Source: Deltaproteobacteria bacterium
GTDB lineage: Bacteria; Desulfobacterota; GWC2-55-46
Assembly: GCA_020846435.1 (NCBI GenBank)
Contig: JADLDY010000039.1
Location: 16,919-80,918, forward strand
DNA length: 64,000 bases
Reading direction: 5' to 3'
The translations under genes and the position numbers were made by a program. Positions 29,067-42,214 of the stretch are shown here, one piece after another. Below the pieces are notes generated by a model. That model ran no database searches and was not told the DNA's origin. It worked only from the letters and a program-made list of their open reading frames with translations. Every line of letters begins with the position of its first letter. Positions within the stretch are counted from its first letter, which is position 1.

Positions 29067-30098
29067 ATGTTCAACTACCTTTTAGGGCTTTTCTCGAACG
29101 ACCTCGCCATAGACCTCGGAACCGCCAGCACGCTGATATACGTAAAGGGCAAGGGCATCGTCACGAACGAACCCTCTGTCGTCGCGGTAAAAAAAGACGG
29201 ACGGGGTAAAAGGGTCCTGGCCGTAGGCAAGGAAGCGAAAGCCATGCTCGGGCGCACGCCCGGCAACATAGCCGCGATACGGCCCTTGAAGGACGGCGTC
29301 ATAGCCGACTTCGAGATAACCGAGGAGATGCTCAAATACTTCATCACCAAGGTCCACAACAGAAGGCTCCTGGTCCGGCCCCGCATCATCATCGGAGTCC
29401 CTTCCGGCATAACGCAGGTCGAGAAGAGGGCTGTAAGGGAGTCGGCCTACTCGGCAGGAGCCGCTGAGGTCTACCTCATCGAAGAGCCGATGGCCGCGGC
29501 CATTGGCGCGGGATTGCCCATCACCGAGCCTTCTGGCAACATGATAGTCGACATAGGCGGAGGCACTTCCGAGATAGCCGTCATCTCTCTTGCAGGCATA
29601 GTCCAGTCGAAGTCCATAAGGGTCGGCGGAGACAAGCTCGACGAGGTCATAGTCCAGTACATCAAGAGGAAGTACAACCTCTCCATAGGCACGGGAGTAG
29701 CCGAGATAATAAAGATGACCCTCGGCCTGCCCATGCCGGACGAGAGGGCGCAGAAGCTCGAGATAAAGGGCTCGAACCTCATAACAGGCATCCCCACCAC
29801 CCTGGAGATAGAATCAGGGGAGATAAGGGAAGCCCTGAACGAGCCGATAAACGCCCTCATAGAGGCCGTAAAGCACGTGCTCGAGACGACCCCGCCGGAG
29901 CTCGCGGCAGACCTCGTCGACAAGGGCATAGTCCTTGCCGGTGGAGGCGCGCTCCTCAAAAACCTCGACATCATCCTCAGGGAGGAGACGCAGCTGCCGG
30001 TCACCATCGCCGAAGACCCCCTCACCTGCGTGGTCAAGGGCGCTGGCAAGGTGTTGGACGAGATGAAGCTCCTGCGTGAAGTCACCATAGCGAACTGA
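29067..30098 (+). CDS. mreB: Rod-shape determining protein MreB
   Basis: [17 protein letters not shown]… actin-like ATPase, canonical MreB. Confidence 0.97.
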   Translation: MFNYLLGLFSNDLAIDLGTASTLIYVKGKGIVTNEPSVVAVKKDGRGKRVLAVGKEAKAMLGRTPGNIAAIRPLKDGVIADFEITEEMLKYFITKVHNRRLLVRPRIIIGVPSGITQVEKRAVRESAYSAGAAEVYLIEEPMAAAIGAGLPITEPSGNMIVDIGGGTSEIAVISLAGIVQSKSIRVGGDKLDEVIVQYIKRKYNLSIGTGVAEIIKMTLGLPMPDERAQKLEIKGSNLITGIPTTLEIESGEIREALNEPINALIEAVKHVLETTPPELAADLVDKGIVLAGGGALLKNLDIILREETQLPVTIAEDPLTCVVKGAGKVLDEMKLLREVTIAN

Positions 30099-30106
30099 TC
30101 CTGACA

Positions 30107-30152
30107 GGCTCCCCCGGCAGCACCGACTCACGGGGGAGCCTTCATCATTTTA
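30107..30152 (+). terminator. Intra-operon attenuator/terminator hairpin between mreB and mreC
   Basis: AGGCTCCCCCG-(14 nt)-CGGGGGAGCCT, an 11-bp perfect stem, followed by tcatcatttta. Confidence 0.55.
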
Positions 30153-30227
30153 GAGAACAACACAAACGCACCTGCCCGGCCCACGAATGGCAAAGTTCCC
30201 AAAGCTCGAGAGAGGCTCTTTTCCCAA

Positions 30228-31079
30228 ATGCGGTCTTCAGAACGTCAGATCTTCTCATTTCTCAAAAGATACCAGATAATCCTCGTCTCGGCCGCGCTCG
30301 CGCTCTTTTCTCTGCACCTCGCGCTTACCGACAAAAAGGAATACGCCAGGGGCTACCTTTTAAAGGAGATACTCTCCTACACGGTAACCCCTGTCCAGAG
30401 CGCGATACTCGGGGTGCAGGGCTCGATCAAGGGCGTCTGGACCGATTATTTCTACCTGGTCGGCGTGAAAGACGAGAACGAAGCCCTCAAAAAGACCGTT
30501 TACTCGCTTGTCGAGGAGAACCGCAGGCTCAGCGAGGAAACAAAGCAGAACGAGCGCCTGCGCGCCCTCCTCGAGTTCAAGGAAGCGCTGCCTTACAGCA
30601 CCATAGGCTCGGCCATAACCGGGTACAGCATGGAGCGCTGGTCAAGGACCATCGTGATAGACAAGGGCTCGTCAAACGGGATTGAAAAGGACCACGGCGC
30701 GATAGCCCTGACAGGCGTCGTAGGCAGGGTCGTCGAGGTCAACGGGGCGAGCTCGAGGGTACTCCTCACGACAGATCTCCGCTCCAACATCGACGTCATC
30801 ATAGAGCGCACGAGGGTCAAGGGGGTCGTCGAGGGCAACGGCACCGACGGGCTCGTCATGAAGTATGTCCGCCAGGTCGACGACGTCAAGCCCGGTGATA
30901 TAGTCGTGACTTCCGGGCTCTCCGGGGTCTTCCCCAAGGGGTTGGCGGTCGGCGAGGTCATACGCGTCGAGAAATCAGGGGACAACTTCTTCAAGCACAT
31001 CGAGGTCAGGCCGGCCGTCGACCTCGGCAGGCTCGAAGAGGTGCTCGTCCTGAAGGAAAATTCATTCCACGAGAAGTGA
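30228..31079 (+). CDS. mreC: Rod-shape determining protein MreC
   Basis: N-terminal TM, coiled-coil (VEENRRLSEETKQNERLRALLEF), beta domains. Position after mreB. Confidence 0.9.
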   Translation: MRSSERQIFSFLKRYQIILVSAALALFSLHLALTDKKEYARGYLLKEILSYTVTPVQSAILGVQGSIKGVWTDYFYLVGVKDENEALKKTVYSLVEENRRLSEETKQNERLRALLEFKEALPYSTIGSAITGYSMERWSRTIVIDKGSSNGIEKDHGAIALTGVVGRVVEVNGASSRVLLTTDLRSNIDVIIERTRVKGVVEGNGTDGLVMKYVRQVDDVKPGDIVVTSGLSGVFPKGLAVGEVIRVEKSGDNFFKHIEVRPAVDLGRLEEVLVLKENSFHEK

Positions 31080-31173
31080 CAGGGCTCCTTTTTCCTTTCA
31101 AAACACAGGTTTTTCTGCTAAGATTTTTTTCCCGGGCCGCGCTGTTAAAAAGGCCGGGCTCACAAAGCAGGCG

Positions 31174-31662
31174 ATGAAAGAATTTCTCCTTTTTCTCCCC
31201 CTTACGATAATCTACCTGGCGTTGAAGAGCACGCTGTTCGCGTCGTTCCCGCTGCCGGACATCCCGCTCATCATGGTATTCTACCTCGCGAGCAGGAAGG
31301 CCTCGGTCGAAGGGGCCCTGTTCGCGTTCGTCCTCGGCTACCTTGACGACGCCTTCAGCGGCAGCGTCATCGGCGCGTCCTCCTTCGCGCTCGTGCTCAT
31401 ATACCTCGGCACGCACCTGATGAGCATGCTGGTCGAGTTCACTACCCCCACGGCCAAAGCCGGAGGCGCGGCGGCGGCGGCCCTCATCAAAGGCGCTGCC
31501 GTTTACTATGTTCTCCGGTACTCCAACGTCGACACCTACTTTCTCACGCACGTCGTGCTCCAGGCCCTTGTGACCGGCTTTTTCGCCCCGCCCGTCATCT
31601 CGGCGCTCCAGTGGCTCACGATGCTCGTCACCCCCCGCAAATTCAAGGATAACGAGAGTTGA
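31174..31662 (+). CDS. mreD: Rod-shape determining protein MreD
   Basis: 162-aa polytopic membrane protein immediately after mreC and overlapping mrdA. Confidence 0.8.
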   Translation: MKEFLLFLPLTIIYLALKSTLFASFPLPDIPLIMVFYLASRKASVEGALFAFVLGYLDDAFSGSVIGASSFALVLIYLGTHLMSMLVEFTTPTAKAGGAAAAALIKGAAVYYVLRYSNVDTYFLTHVVLQALVTGFFAPPVISALQWLTMLVTPRKFKDNES

Positions 31663-33605
31663 GCAGCAGCTACTTCAAGGACAAGGAGCCCAGGGAGTTC
31701 AAGGGCCGGGTCTTCGCGGCGACCGTACTAATAGGCGCCGCCTTTTTCATTTTGCTCTTCCGCTTCTGGTACCTGCAGGTCAAGGAGCACGCCTACTACA
31801 ACGAACTGTCGCTTAACAACGCCACCCGCCTCATAAAAGCCGTCGCGCCAAGAGGCGTCATATACGACCGGCTCGGCATAAAGATAGCCGAGAACCGCCC
31901 CGGATTCGACCTGTACATCGTGCCCGAGGACGTAAAGGACTGGGCAAAGACAAAGCAGACTCTGGCCAGTCTAATCGAGATCGACGAGGCGACGATCGAC
32001 GAGCGCCTCGAGAAGTCCAAAAAGAGGCCGCCGTTCCAGGCCGTGAAACTCAAGGAAGACCTCTCGTGGGACGAGACCGTCAAGATCGAGAGCTTCAAAT
32101 TCGAGATACCCGGGATAATGCTTGATGTCGCCCCCAAGAGGTCCTACGTCTTCAGCGAAGCGACCGCTCACCTCCTCGGCTACCTCGGCGAGATAAGCGA
32201 AAAAGAGCTCAAGGACAGGGAATCCGAAGGAGCCTCCTATTCACCGGGCGACCTCACCGGGAAATACGGCATCGAGAAGTTCTACGAGAAGGAGCTCAGG
32301 GGAGTCGACGGCGGCAAGGAACTCGAGGTAGACGCCCTCGGCAGGAAGATACGGGTCGTCAACTGGATCCCCCCCTACCCCGGCAACAACATGAAGCTCA
32401 CGATCGACATCAAGACGCAGGTCGCCGCCTGGATAGCCTTGAAGGACAGGGTCGGCGCGGCAGTCGCCATGGACCCTAAAACAGGCAAGATACTCGCCAT
32501 GGTCAGCACGCCCACTTTCGACCCCAACGCCCTTTCAACAGGGGTGTCGCGCGAGGAATGGCGGGAGCTAATAGAAAACCCCCTCAACGTGATGAACAAC
32601 AGGGCCGTGCAGGGCCAGTACCCGCCAGCGTCCACCTACAAGCCGATACACGCGGCCGCGGCCCTTGAAGAGGGCGTCATAACGCCGCAAACGAAGATAT
32701 TCTCCGGGCCCTCCTACTGGTTCGCTGGAAGGGCTTACAGGGACTGGAAGGAAGAGGGGCACGGCACCATCAATGTCCACAGGGCCATAGTCGAGTCGTC
32801 GGACACCTTCTTCTACCAGGTAGGCTTGAAGCTCGGCATAGACCGGCTTGCCGACTACACGAAGAGGTTCGGCTTCGGCACGAAGACCGGCGTGTCTATA
32901 CATAACGAAAAATCTGGGCTCGTGCCCTCCTCCGAGTGGAAGAAAAAGACCTACAAGGTGCCCTGGTACGAGGGCGAGACCATCTCCGTCTCAGTCGGTC
33001 AGGGCTACATGCTCACGACTCCTTTGCAGCTCTTGAACGCCTACGCGGCCATAGCCAACGGCGGCACCCTCTGGAAGCCGCTTCTGGTAGAGGATATAAC
33101 TACGCCCGACGGCAAGCTGATATCAAAGCCTGTCTCCGAAAAAAGGGGCGAGCTCGGGATATCGGAGAAGACCATGTTCCATGTAAGGGACGGGCTTCGC
33201 GGAGTTACGCACGACGAAGGCGGCACGGCGCGCTTTCTCAGCAGGACGACAGACCTGAAGATCGCCGGAAAGACCGGAACCGCCCAGGTATCCAGGCTCA
33301 TAAAGAGGACGAAGAACGTGGAATCAATAGCCTACAAGTACCGCGACCACGCGTGGTTCGCGGGATTCGCTCCATATGACGACCCGCAGATAGCAGTCGT
33401 CGTGATAGTCGAGCACGGCGGCTTCGGCGCGTCAGCCGCCGCCCCTGTCGCAAGAGAGCTCTTTAAAGCCTACTTCGGGAAAACAGAGGACCCGGCCGCG
33501 GTCCAGGCCGCCCCGGCAACCCAGCAACCAGGCGGCCCCGTCATGCTCCCAATAAAAGCCGGAGTCCCGAAACCGGAAGAAGCCCCGGAGGAAGCGCATG
33601 ATTGA
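31659..33605 (+). CDS. mrdA: Penicillin-binding protein 2 (MrdA)
   Basis: STYKP active-site serine motif (SxxK), SxN, KTG(T) transpeptidase motifs. Confidence 0.93.
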   Translation: MSSSYFKDKEPREFKGRVFAATVLIGAAFFILLFRFWYLQVKEHAYYNELSLNNATRLIKAVAPRGVIYDRLGIKIAENRPGFDLYIVPEDVKDWAKTKQTLASLIEIDEATIDERLEKSKKRPPFQAVKLKEDLSWDETVKIESFKFEIPGIMLDVAPKRSYVFSEATAHLLGYLGEISEKELKDRESEGASYSPGDLTGKYGIEKFYEKELRGVDGGKELEVDALGRKIRVVNWIPPYPGNNMKLTIDIKTQVAAWIALKDRVGAAVAMDPKTGKILAMVSTPTFDPNALSTGVSREEWRELIENPLNVMNNRAVQGQYPPASTYKPIHAAAALEEGVITPQTKIFSGPSYWFAGRAYRDWKEEGHGTINVHRAIVESSDTFFYQVGLKLGIDRLADYTKRFGFGTKTGVSIHNEKSGLVPSSEWKKKTYKVPWYEGETISVSVGQGYMLTTPLQLLNAYAAIANGGTLWKPLLVEDITTPDGKLISKPVSEKRGELGISEKTMFHVRDGLRGVTHDEGGTARFLSRTTDLKIAGKTGTAQVSRLIKRTKNVESIAYKYRDHAWFAGFAPYDDPQIAVVVIVEHGGFGASAAAPVARELFKAYFGKTEDPAAVQAAPATQQPGGPVMLPIKAGVPKPEEAPEEAHD

Positions 33606-34689
33606 CAGGCGGCTCTTCACTCATTTCGACTGGGCCATACTCTCGGTGATAATCGGGCTCATCTGCATAGGGTTCGCGAGCATATACAGCGCGACCCACG
33701 CGCAGATGCCTGCCGTTTACATGAAGGACATCTACTGGATAATAATCGGCTCTGTCATGATGCTCGCCGCGATAGTACTGAGCTACTCATACCTTGAGAG
33801 GTTCGCCTATGTCATATACGGCTCTTCTCTTCTCCTGCTTATTTCGGTCTTTTTCATTGGGAGCTCCTTCAGCGGCGCGAAAAGGTGGATATCCCTCGGC
33901 TTTTTCACGCTCCAGCCCTCGGAGTTCGCCAAGCTCGCGCTCATCATAATGCTCGCCAGGTTTTTCAACGAAAAGCTGATCTCCGACAAGGGATTGGGGC
34001 TCAAAGACCTCGTCGTCCCGGCCGTGATAATGATAGTGCCCTTCCTCCTCATAGCCAAGCAGCCTGACCTCGGGACAGGCATAATCCTGTGGATGATATT
34101 CTGGTCCATGGCCTTCATAGTGAAGATACGCACAAAGGTGATAGCTGGACTCATGGCCTTCTTCGCGGCCCTCGCCCCGTTCGGCTGGATGTTCCTGAAA
34201 GACTACCAGAAGGCCAGGATAACGAGCTTCATGAACCCTGAGAGCGACCCATTGGGCTCGGGCTACCATGTCATGCAGTCGAAGATCGCCATAGGCTCAG
34301 GCGGCTTTTTAGGCAAGGGCTTCATGGAAGGAACGCAGGGCAAGCTCATGTTTTTGCCCGAGCACCACACGGACTTCATATTCGCTTCACTGGCCGAGGA
34401 ATGGGGCTTCATCGGCGCAACCGTGGTGTTAGGGCTCTTCCTCGCCCTCATAATCTCGGGCATCAACACCGCGAGCAGCTCAAAGGACAGGTTCGGCTTT
34501 CTCGTGGCCTTCGGCATAACCTCGATGTTCTTCTGGCAGATATTCATTAACCTGGGCATGGTCGCGGGCATTTTGCCGGTCGTCGGAGTCCCTCTGCCGT
34601 TCATAAGCTACGGAGGCTCGTTCCTCATAACCTCGATGATAGCCGCAGGAATACTCCTCAACATAAACATGAGGAGGTTCATATTCTGA
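33598..34689 (+). CDS. rodA: Peptidoglycan glycosyltransferase RodA (SEDS family)
   Basis: 363-aa SEDS protein. Overlaps mrdA stop. Confidence 0.93.
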   Translation: MIDRRLFTHFDWAILSVIIGLICIGFASIYSATHAQMPAVYMKDIYWIIIGSVMMLAAIVLSYSYLERFAYVIYGSSLLLLISVFFIGSSFSGAKRWISLGFFTLQPSEFAKLALIIMLARFFNEKLISDKGLGLKDLVVPAVIMIVPFLLIAKQPDLGTGIILWMIFWSMAFIVKIRTKVIAGLMAFFAALAPFGWMFLKDYQKARITSFMNPESDPLGSGYHVMQSKIAIGSGGFLGKGFMEGTQGKLMFLPEHHTDFIFASLAEEWGFIGATVVLGLFLALIISGINTASSSKDRFGFLVAFGITSMFFWQIFINLGMVAGILPVVGVPLPFISYGGSFLITSMIAAGILLNINMRRFIF

Positions 34690-34726
34690 GGAGCTCTCTT
34701 TGGACCGAAAAACCGGGAGGCCGGCC

Positions 34727-35185
34727 ATGACGCGAAAAATCGCTGTTTTTCTGGCGACCGGCGCGTACATAGGGCGAATCCCTGTCATGCCGGGGACCTT
34801 CGGCACCCTCTGGGGAGTCCCTCTGGCCTGGGCCATATCCGCCCTCACCTCAGGCCAGCAGGCGGCCGTGATACTGGCGTTCACTGCCCTCTCGATGCCT
34901 GTGGCGGGAATAGCCGCCAGGGCGTCCGGGAAACACGACCACCCGTCTATCGTGATAGACGAGATATGCGGATACCTCATAGGTATTTTCCTTTTACCTT
35001 TCACGGCTTTCAACGCAATATTGGTGTTTATTCTTTTCAGATTTTTTGATATTGTAAAACCCTGGCCGGCAAGTCTTTTCGACAGGAAGGTAAAGGGCGG
35101 CGCCGGGGTGGTCCTCGACGACGTTGCCGCTGGCGTCTACGCCAATGTCGTTGCCCACCTCGTGATCCGGCTCATCAATCATTGA
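34727..35185 (+). CDS. pgpA: Phosphatidylglycerophosphatase A
   Basis: GTFGTLWGVPLA…, PgpA family. Start at internal M10 with GGGAGG SD. Confidence 0.8.
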   Translation: MTRKIAVFLATGAYIGRIPVMPGTFGTLWGVPLAWAISALTSGQQAAVILAFTALSMPVAGIAARASGKHDHPSIVIDEICGYLIGIFLLPFTAFNAILVFILFRFFDIVKPWPASLFDRKVKGGAGVVLDDVAAGVYANVVAHLVIRLINH

Positions 35186-35661
35186 AAAAACTCTCACGCC
35201 TCATAGGCGGCGCTCTGCTGGAAAAGGGCCTTAAACTCGCGCTGGCAGAGTCCTGCACCGGAGGGCTCCTCTCGAGCGTCATAACAGACACCCCGGGAAG
35301 CTCAGAATACTTTCAGGGCTCTGTGGTCGCCTACGCCAACGAAGTCAAGGTATCGGAATTGGGCGTAAAGGCGGCGACCCTCAAAAAACACGGGGCAGTC
35401 TCAAAAGAGACGGCCCGGGAGATGGCCCAGGGGGTAAGAAAAGCTTTTCACGCCGGAATCTCGGCCTCGATAACAGGCATAGCCGGCCCCGGGGGCGCGA
35501 CAGCAAGAAAACCGGTCGGCCTCGTGTTCATAGCGGTATCAAACGGCGGCAAGACAGTTGTACGGAAGTTCCTCTTCAAGGGCGGACGGACGTCGATAAA
35601 AAGACAGTCCGCACAGGCCGCCCTCCTGATGATAGCGGAGGCTGTCAGGATAAAGCTCTAA
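35182..35661 (+). CDS. CinA C-terminal domain protein / NMN amidohydrolase PncC
   Basis: LALAESCTGGLL…, CinA-C signature. Confidence 0.85.
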   Translation: MKKLSRLIGGALLEKGLKLALAESCTGGLLSSVITDTPGSSEYFQGSVVAYANEVKVSELGVKAATLKKHGAVSKETAREMAQGVRKAFHAGISASITGIAGPGGATARKPVGLVFIAVSNGGKTVVRKFLFKGGRTSIKRQSAQAALLMIAEAVRIKL

Positions 35662-35671
35662 GGGGGTTTCT

Positions 35672-36229
35672 ATAAGGACTTTCGTCGCCATAAAACTGCC
35701 TTCCGAGGTAACAGAGCTCCTGAGAACGATACAGGCAAGCCTCAACAGGGGTCTCAAGGGCACAAGCTGGGTCAGGCCGGAATCCATACACCTTACCCTC
35801 AAGTTCCTCGGCGAGATAGACGATGCGAAAGTCCGGGATGTCGCCGCCGGGCTTGAAAAGGCGGCAGAAGGCTTTCGACCCTTCAGCCTCGAAGTCGGAG
35901 GCGTGGGCGCCTTTCCGAACGCGAGGGCCCCGAAGGTCGTCTGGGCCGGGATAAAGGAGTGCGCGGAGCTCACAAAGCTCCAGAAGAGCGTTGACGAGCG
36001 CCTCTCCATAATAGGCTTCGAAGCGGAGACAAGGCCTTTTACCCCTCACCTCACGCTGTGCAGGATAAAATCGGCTGAGGACGGCAGGGCACTTGGAAGG
36101 CTCATCGCCGGACTGGGAGAACAGGCAAAAGCCTCCTTCACCGTGAACTCGTTCGTCTTCATGAAAAGCGTATTGAAGCCGCAAGGCGCAGTGCATACAG
36201 ACATAAAGGAATTCGCCCTCAAGGGCTAA
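35672..36229 (+). CDS. thpR: RNA 2',3'-cyclic phosphodiesterase ThpR (2'-5' RNA ligase LigT family); no canonical start codon (ATA at 35672)
   Basis: Two H-x-T-x motifs (IHLTLKFLG and PHLTLCRIK). The conserved N-terminal beta-strand RTFVAIKLP is encoded upstream of the first ATG (35903). The only in-frame initiator after the stop at 35651 is ATA, preceded by AAGGGGG SD. Confidence 0.7.
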   Translation: MRTFVAIKLPSEVTELLRTIQASLNRGLKGTSWVRPESIHLTLKFLGEIDDAKVRDVAAGLEKAAEGFRPFSLEVGGVGAFPNARAPKVVWAGIKECAELTKLQKSVDERLSIIGFEAETRPFTPHLTLCRIKSAEDGRALGRLIAGLGEQAKASFTVNSFVFMKSVLKPQGAVHTDIKEFALKG

Positions 36230-36255
36230 AACAATTGAAAAATGGAGGAGCACCG

Positions 36256-37275
36256 ATGTCCAATCCTACGGGGTCGTCGAACAAGTCAAAGGCCATAGAG
36301 CTTGCCATAACACAGATAGAGAAGCAGTTCGGCAAGGGCTCGATAATGAAGCTCGGCACAGGGGCCGCTCCTGCCGAGATATCGGCGATATCGACCGGCT
36401 CGACCGCCCTTGACATAGCCCTCGGAATAGGAGGCGTGCCAAAGGGAAGGGTCGTCGAGGTCTTCGGCCCCGAGTCCTCAGGCAAGACCACGCTCACCCT
36501 CCATATAGCCGCGGAGACGCAGAAGTTCGGCGGCACTGTCGCCTTCATAGACGCGGAGCACGCCCTTGACCTCTCCTACGCGAGAAAGCTCGGCGTGAAC
36601 ACCGACGACCTGCTCCTTTCGCAGCCGGATACCGGTGAGCAGGCCTTGGAGATAACCGACGTACTCATAAGGAGCGGGGCCGTAGACCTCATAGTCATAG
36701 ACTCGGTAGCGGCTCTCGTCCCAAGGGCCGAGCTCGAAGGAGAGATGGGGGACTCGCACATGGGACTCCAGGCGCGCCTCATGAGCCAGGCCCTGCGTAA
36801 GCTCACCTCGACCATTTCCAAATCCAACACCTGCGTCATATTCATAAACCAGATACGCCACAAGATAGGCGTCATGTTCGGCAGCCCCGAGACGACTACC
36901 GGCGGCAACGCCCTGAAGTTCTACGCCTCGGTGAGGCTCGACATAAGGAAGATCGGGCAGATAAAGCAGGGTGAGGCCGTCATCGGCAACAGGATAAGGG
37001 TCAAGGTCGTCAAGAACAAGCTCGCCCCGCCCTTCAGGGACGCAGAATTCGACATACTCTTCAACGAGGGCATCTCGAGGGAGGGCGACATACTCGACCT
37101 CGGCTCAGGCGCAGACATAGTCGAAAAGAGCGGCTCGTGGTTCTCCTACGGCGGAGAGAGGCTCGGACAGGGCAGAGAAGCGGCCAGACAGTTCCTGAGA
37201 GAGCACAAGGAGACCGCCGCGGAGATAGAAAAGAAGATACTTCACCACTACGGGATAAAGACAACAGAGGAGTAG
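36256..37275 (+). CDS. recA: Recombinase RecA
   Basis: Canonical RecA ([23 protein letters not shown]…GPESSGKTT…). Start at M8 with GGAGGAG SD. Confidence 0.97.
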   Translation: MSNPTGSSNKSKAIELAITQIEKQFGKGSIMKLGTGAAPAEISAISTGSTALDIALGIGGVPKGRVVEVFGPESSGKTTLTLHIAAETQKFGGTVAFIDAEHALDLSYARKLGVNTDDLLLSQPDTGEQALEITDVLIRSGAVDLIVIDSVAALVPRAELEGEMGDSHMGLQARLMSQALRKLTSTISKSNTCVIFINQIRHKIGVMFGSPETTTGGNALKFYASVRLDIRKIGQIKQGEAVIGNRIRVKVVKNKLAPPFRDAEFDILFNEGISREGDILDLGSGADIVEKSGSWFSYGGERLGQGREAARQFLREHKETAAEIEKKILHHYGIKTTEE

Positions 37276-37278
37276 TCA

Positions 37279-38451
37279 ATGGCCGACATAGACTTAAGTT
37301 CGATCCTCAATATCGCCGTCAAGAGCAAGGCCTCTGACGTGCACCTCAAGGCCGGCGTGCCGCCGATCCTGCGCGTGCACGGCCAGCTCGTGCCTGTGAA
37401 GAACCACGAGAGGCTCGCCCCTGACGAGATCGCCAGGGCCGCGATGCGCGTGATGAACGAAGTGCAAAAGGAGCACTTCCGCGAGCACCACCAGCTGGAC
37501 ATGGCATACAGCGTGCCGGGCCTCGGCAGGTTCAGGGTAAACATATTCCAGCAGAGGGGCGCGGTCGGCATAGTATTGAGGGTCATCCCCATAAAGATAC
37601 AGACCTTCGAGGAATTGAACCTCCCCAGAGTGCTCGAGACCATCGCCAATGAGGTAAGGGGCCTTGTCCTCGTAACAGGCGTCACGGGAAGCGGGAAATC
37701 CACGACGCTCGCCTCGGTCCTCGACCACATAAACAACCACAAGTCATTGCACGTCGTAACGGCCGAAGACCCCATCGAGTTCCTTCACAGGGACAAAAGG
37801 TGCATCATAAACCAGAGGGAGATAGGCGTTGACGCGAAGAACTTCTCCGACGCGTTGAGAGGCGCCCTTAGGCAGGACCCCGACGTCATCATGGTCGGCG
37901 AGATGAGGGATCTCGAGACGATAGAGATAGCCCTCACGGCGGCTGAAACAGGCCACCTCGTCCTTTCCACCCTCCATACGATAGACGCTCTGGAGACGGT
38001 CAACAGGATAGTGTCCGTATTCCCGCCGTACCAGCAGAAGCAGATAAGGATACAGCTCGCCGGAGTAATAAAAGCCATAATCTCCCAGCGGCTCATGCCC
38101 ACCAAGGACGGCAAGGCCAGAGTCCCTGCCGTCGAGGTGATGGTCACGACCGCGCGCATAAGGGAGTGCATAGAGGACAAGGACAAGACCAAGGAGATCT
38201 CGGACGCCATAGTCAAAGGGCACACCACTTACGGCATGCAGACCTTCGACCAGTCGATAATGTCTCTCCTCAACAAGGGGCTCATAACCTACGACGAAGC
38301 GATGAGGCAGGCGAGCAACTCCGCTGACTTCGCATTGAAGTTCAAGGGAGTCTCCGGCACGAGCGAGATGGGCTGGAAGGACTTCGAAAAAGAAGAAAAG
38401 GACAGCGGCGGGAGCGGCCCGGCCCCTTCTGGCGACATTGAACGGTTCTGA
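37279..38451 (+). CDS. pilT: Type IV pilus retraction ATPase PilT
   Basis: Walker A GVTGSGKSTT, PilT AIRNLIRE-like region. PilT/PilU family. Confidence 0.85.
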   Translation: MADIDLSSILNIAVKSKASDVHLKAGVPPILRVHGQLVPVKNHERLAPDEIARAAMRVMNEVQKEHFREHHQLDMAYSVPGLGRFRVNIFQQRGAVGIVLRVIPIKIQTFEELNLPRVLETIANEVRGLVLVTGVTGSGKSTTLASVLDHINNHKSLHVVTAEDPIEFLHRDKRCIINQREIGVDAKNFSDALRGALRQDPDVIMVGEMRDLETIEIALTAAETGHLVLSTLHTIDALETVNRIVSVFPPYQQKQIRIQLAGVIKAIISQRLMPTKDGKARVPAVEVMVTTARIRECIEDKDKTKEISDAIVKGHTTYGMQTFDQSIMSLLNKGLITYDEAMRQASNSADFALKFKGVSGTSEMGWKDFEKEEKDSGGSGPAPSGDIERF

Positions 38452-38540
38452 CATGGCGTCTCCGGGCGTATGACAACCCGGCGTCCCTCTCGTGGCTTGA
38501 CTGGCTTCGGCCTTGAGAGGGGCGCGCTGAACTCCTCCAT

Positions 38541-39026
38541 ATGAAAAAAAGCGGCACTGAAAGCAAGGACGCCCTCGCCTCGGCCCTGCGCCTTCTCGGC
38601 GTAAGGCAACGGAGCGTCTTTGAGCTCACCGCTAAATTGAAGGACAAGGGCTTCGAGAGCGGCGACATCGAAAGGACGGTCGAACGCCTCAAAGAGGCCG
38701 GTTATTTGAACGACGCGGCGTTCGCGAAGGCCCTTGCCGCCTCAAGGGTAAACAACAAGGCGTGGGGCCCCGCTAAAATCTCCAGGGACCTCAGCGGCCG
38801 CGGCATTGACAGGGAGACGATAAAAGAGGCGATAGCCCACGCCTGCCCTGAAGAAGAAGAGCTTGCAAAGGCCGCGCTGGAGCGCTGGCGCAAAAGGAAC
38901 ATGAAGAAGACCGGGAGAGAAGAGTCCCAGAAGGCGTTCAGGCACCTTCTGTCAAGGGGCTTTTCCCCTTCAGCGATATGGAAAGCGATAGGCTCCAGGG
39001 CCGGCATGGAAGACGAACAGGCCTGA
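38541..39026 (+). CDS. recX: Recombination regulator RecX
   Basis: Three-helix repeat RecX architecture (…ALRLLGVRQRSVFEL…). Confidence 0.8.
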   Translation: MKKSGTESKDALASALRLLGVRQRSVFELTAKLKDKGFESGDIERTVERLKEAGYLNDAAFAKALAASRVNNKAWGPAKISRDLSGRGIDRETIKEAIAHACPEEEELAKAALERWRKRNMKKTGREESQKAFRHLLSRGFSPSAIWKAIGSRAGMEDEQA

Positions 39027-39204
39027 TGATAAAATATTTCATTAAAAAACTCAGGTAACACAGCCTATGCCGTCTTTGCGAGGAGTGTAACGGCGAAGCA
39101 GTCTCAGGGTGATTGATTTACCTGACAACGAGATTCCTTCGCCGCGCCCGCAACGGCAAATCAATAAATTTTGCGTCATATTATTTTTCAAGGGACAAAA
39201 TATC

Positions 39205-41841
<2,637 letters not shown>

Positions 41842-41857
41842 CCAACCCTTCCCTAAA

Positions 41858-41899
41858 ACACAAAAGGCCCGTGGTAGAAACCACGGGCCTTTTTATTTG
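41858..41899. terminator. Bidirectional rho-independent terminator shared by alaS (+) and hgcB (-)
   Basis: AGGCCCGTGG-TAGAAA-CCACGGGCCT with A-run upstream and T-run downstream. Confidence 0.85.
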
Positions 41900-41905
41900 A
41901 GGCTT

Positions 41906-42214
41906 TCAGCAGCAGCCGGAAGTTTTATCATCTCCATCGGAACAGCCGCATGAAGCGTCCCCCGTGACCATGCCCTTTATAAGGGCCGCCGCGCACCCTA
42001 CCCCGCTTTGCACGATTATCGCGCCGAACGCGCAGTTTTTCATGCACGCTCCGCACTCCATGCAAAGGTCACGGTCTGTTATCCTCGCCTTTTTGCCTTC
42101 CATCTCAAAGACGCCGTGTGGGCAAACTTGAGTGCACATCCTGCATCCCGTGCATTTTGAATGGTCATACTCGAGCGTGCTTACATTAGAAAGGTATCTC
42201 ATGACAAACCCCAC
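41906..42214 (-). CDS. hgcB: Mercury-methylation ferredoxin HgcB
   Basis: Two [4Fe-4S] motifs CTGCRMCTQVCP and CMECGACMKNC plus C-terminal …SGCC pair. Overlaps hgcA 3' end by 16 nt. Confidence 0.85.
   Translation of the reverse strand: MGFVMRYLSNVSTLEYDHSKCTGCRMCTQVCPHGVFEMEGKKARITDRDLCMECGACMKNCAFGAIIVQSGVGCAAALIKGMVTGDASCGCSDGDDKTSGCC

Noticed and set aside
35645-36253. 202-aa ORF on the minus strand antisense to thpR
   Set aside because: Lies entirely opposite a well-supported ThpR coding sequence (two HxTx motifs). Typical high-GC antisense open frame.
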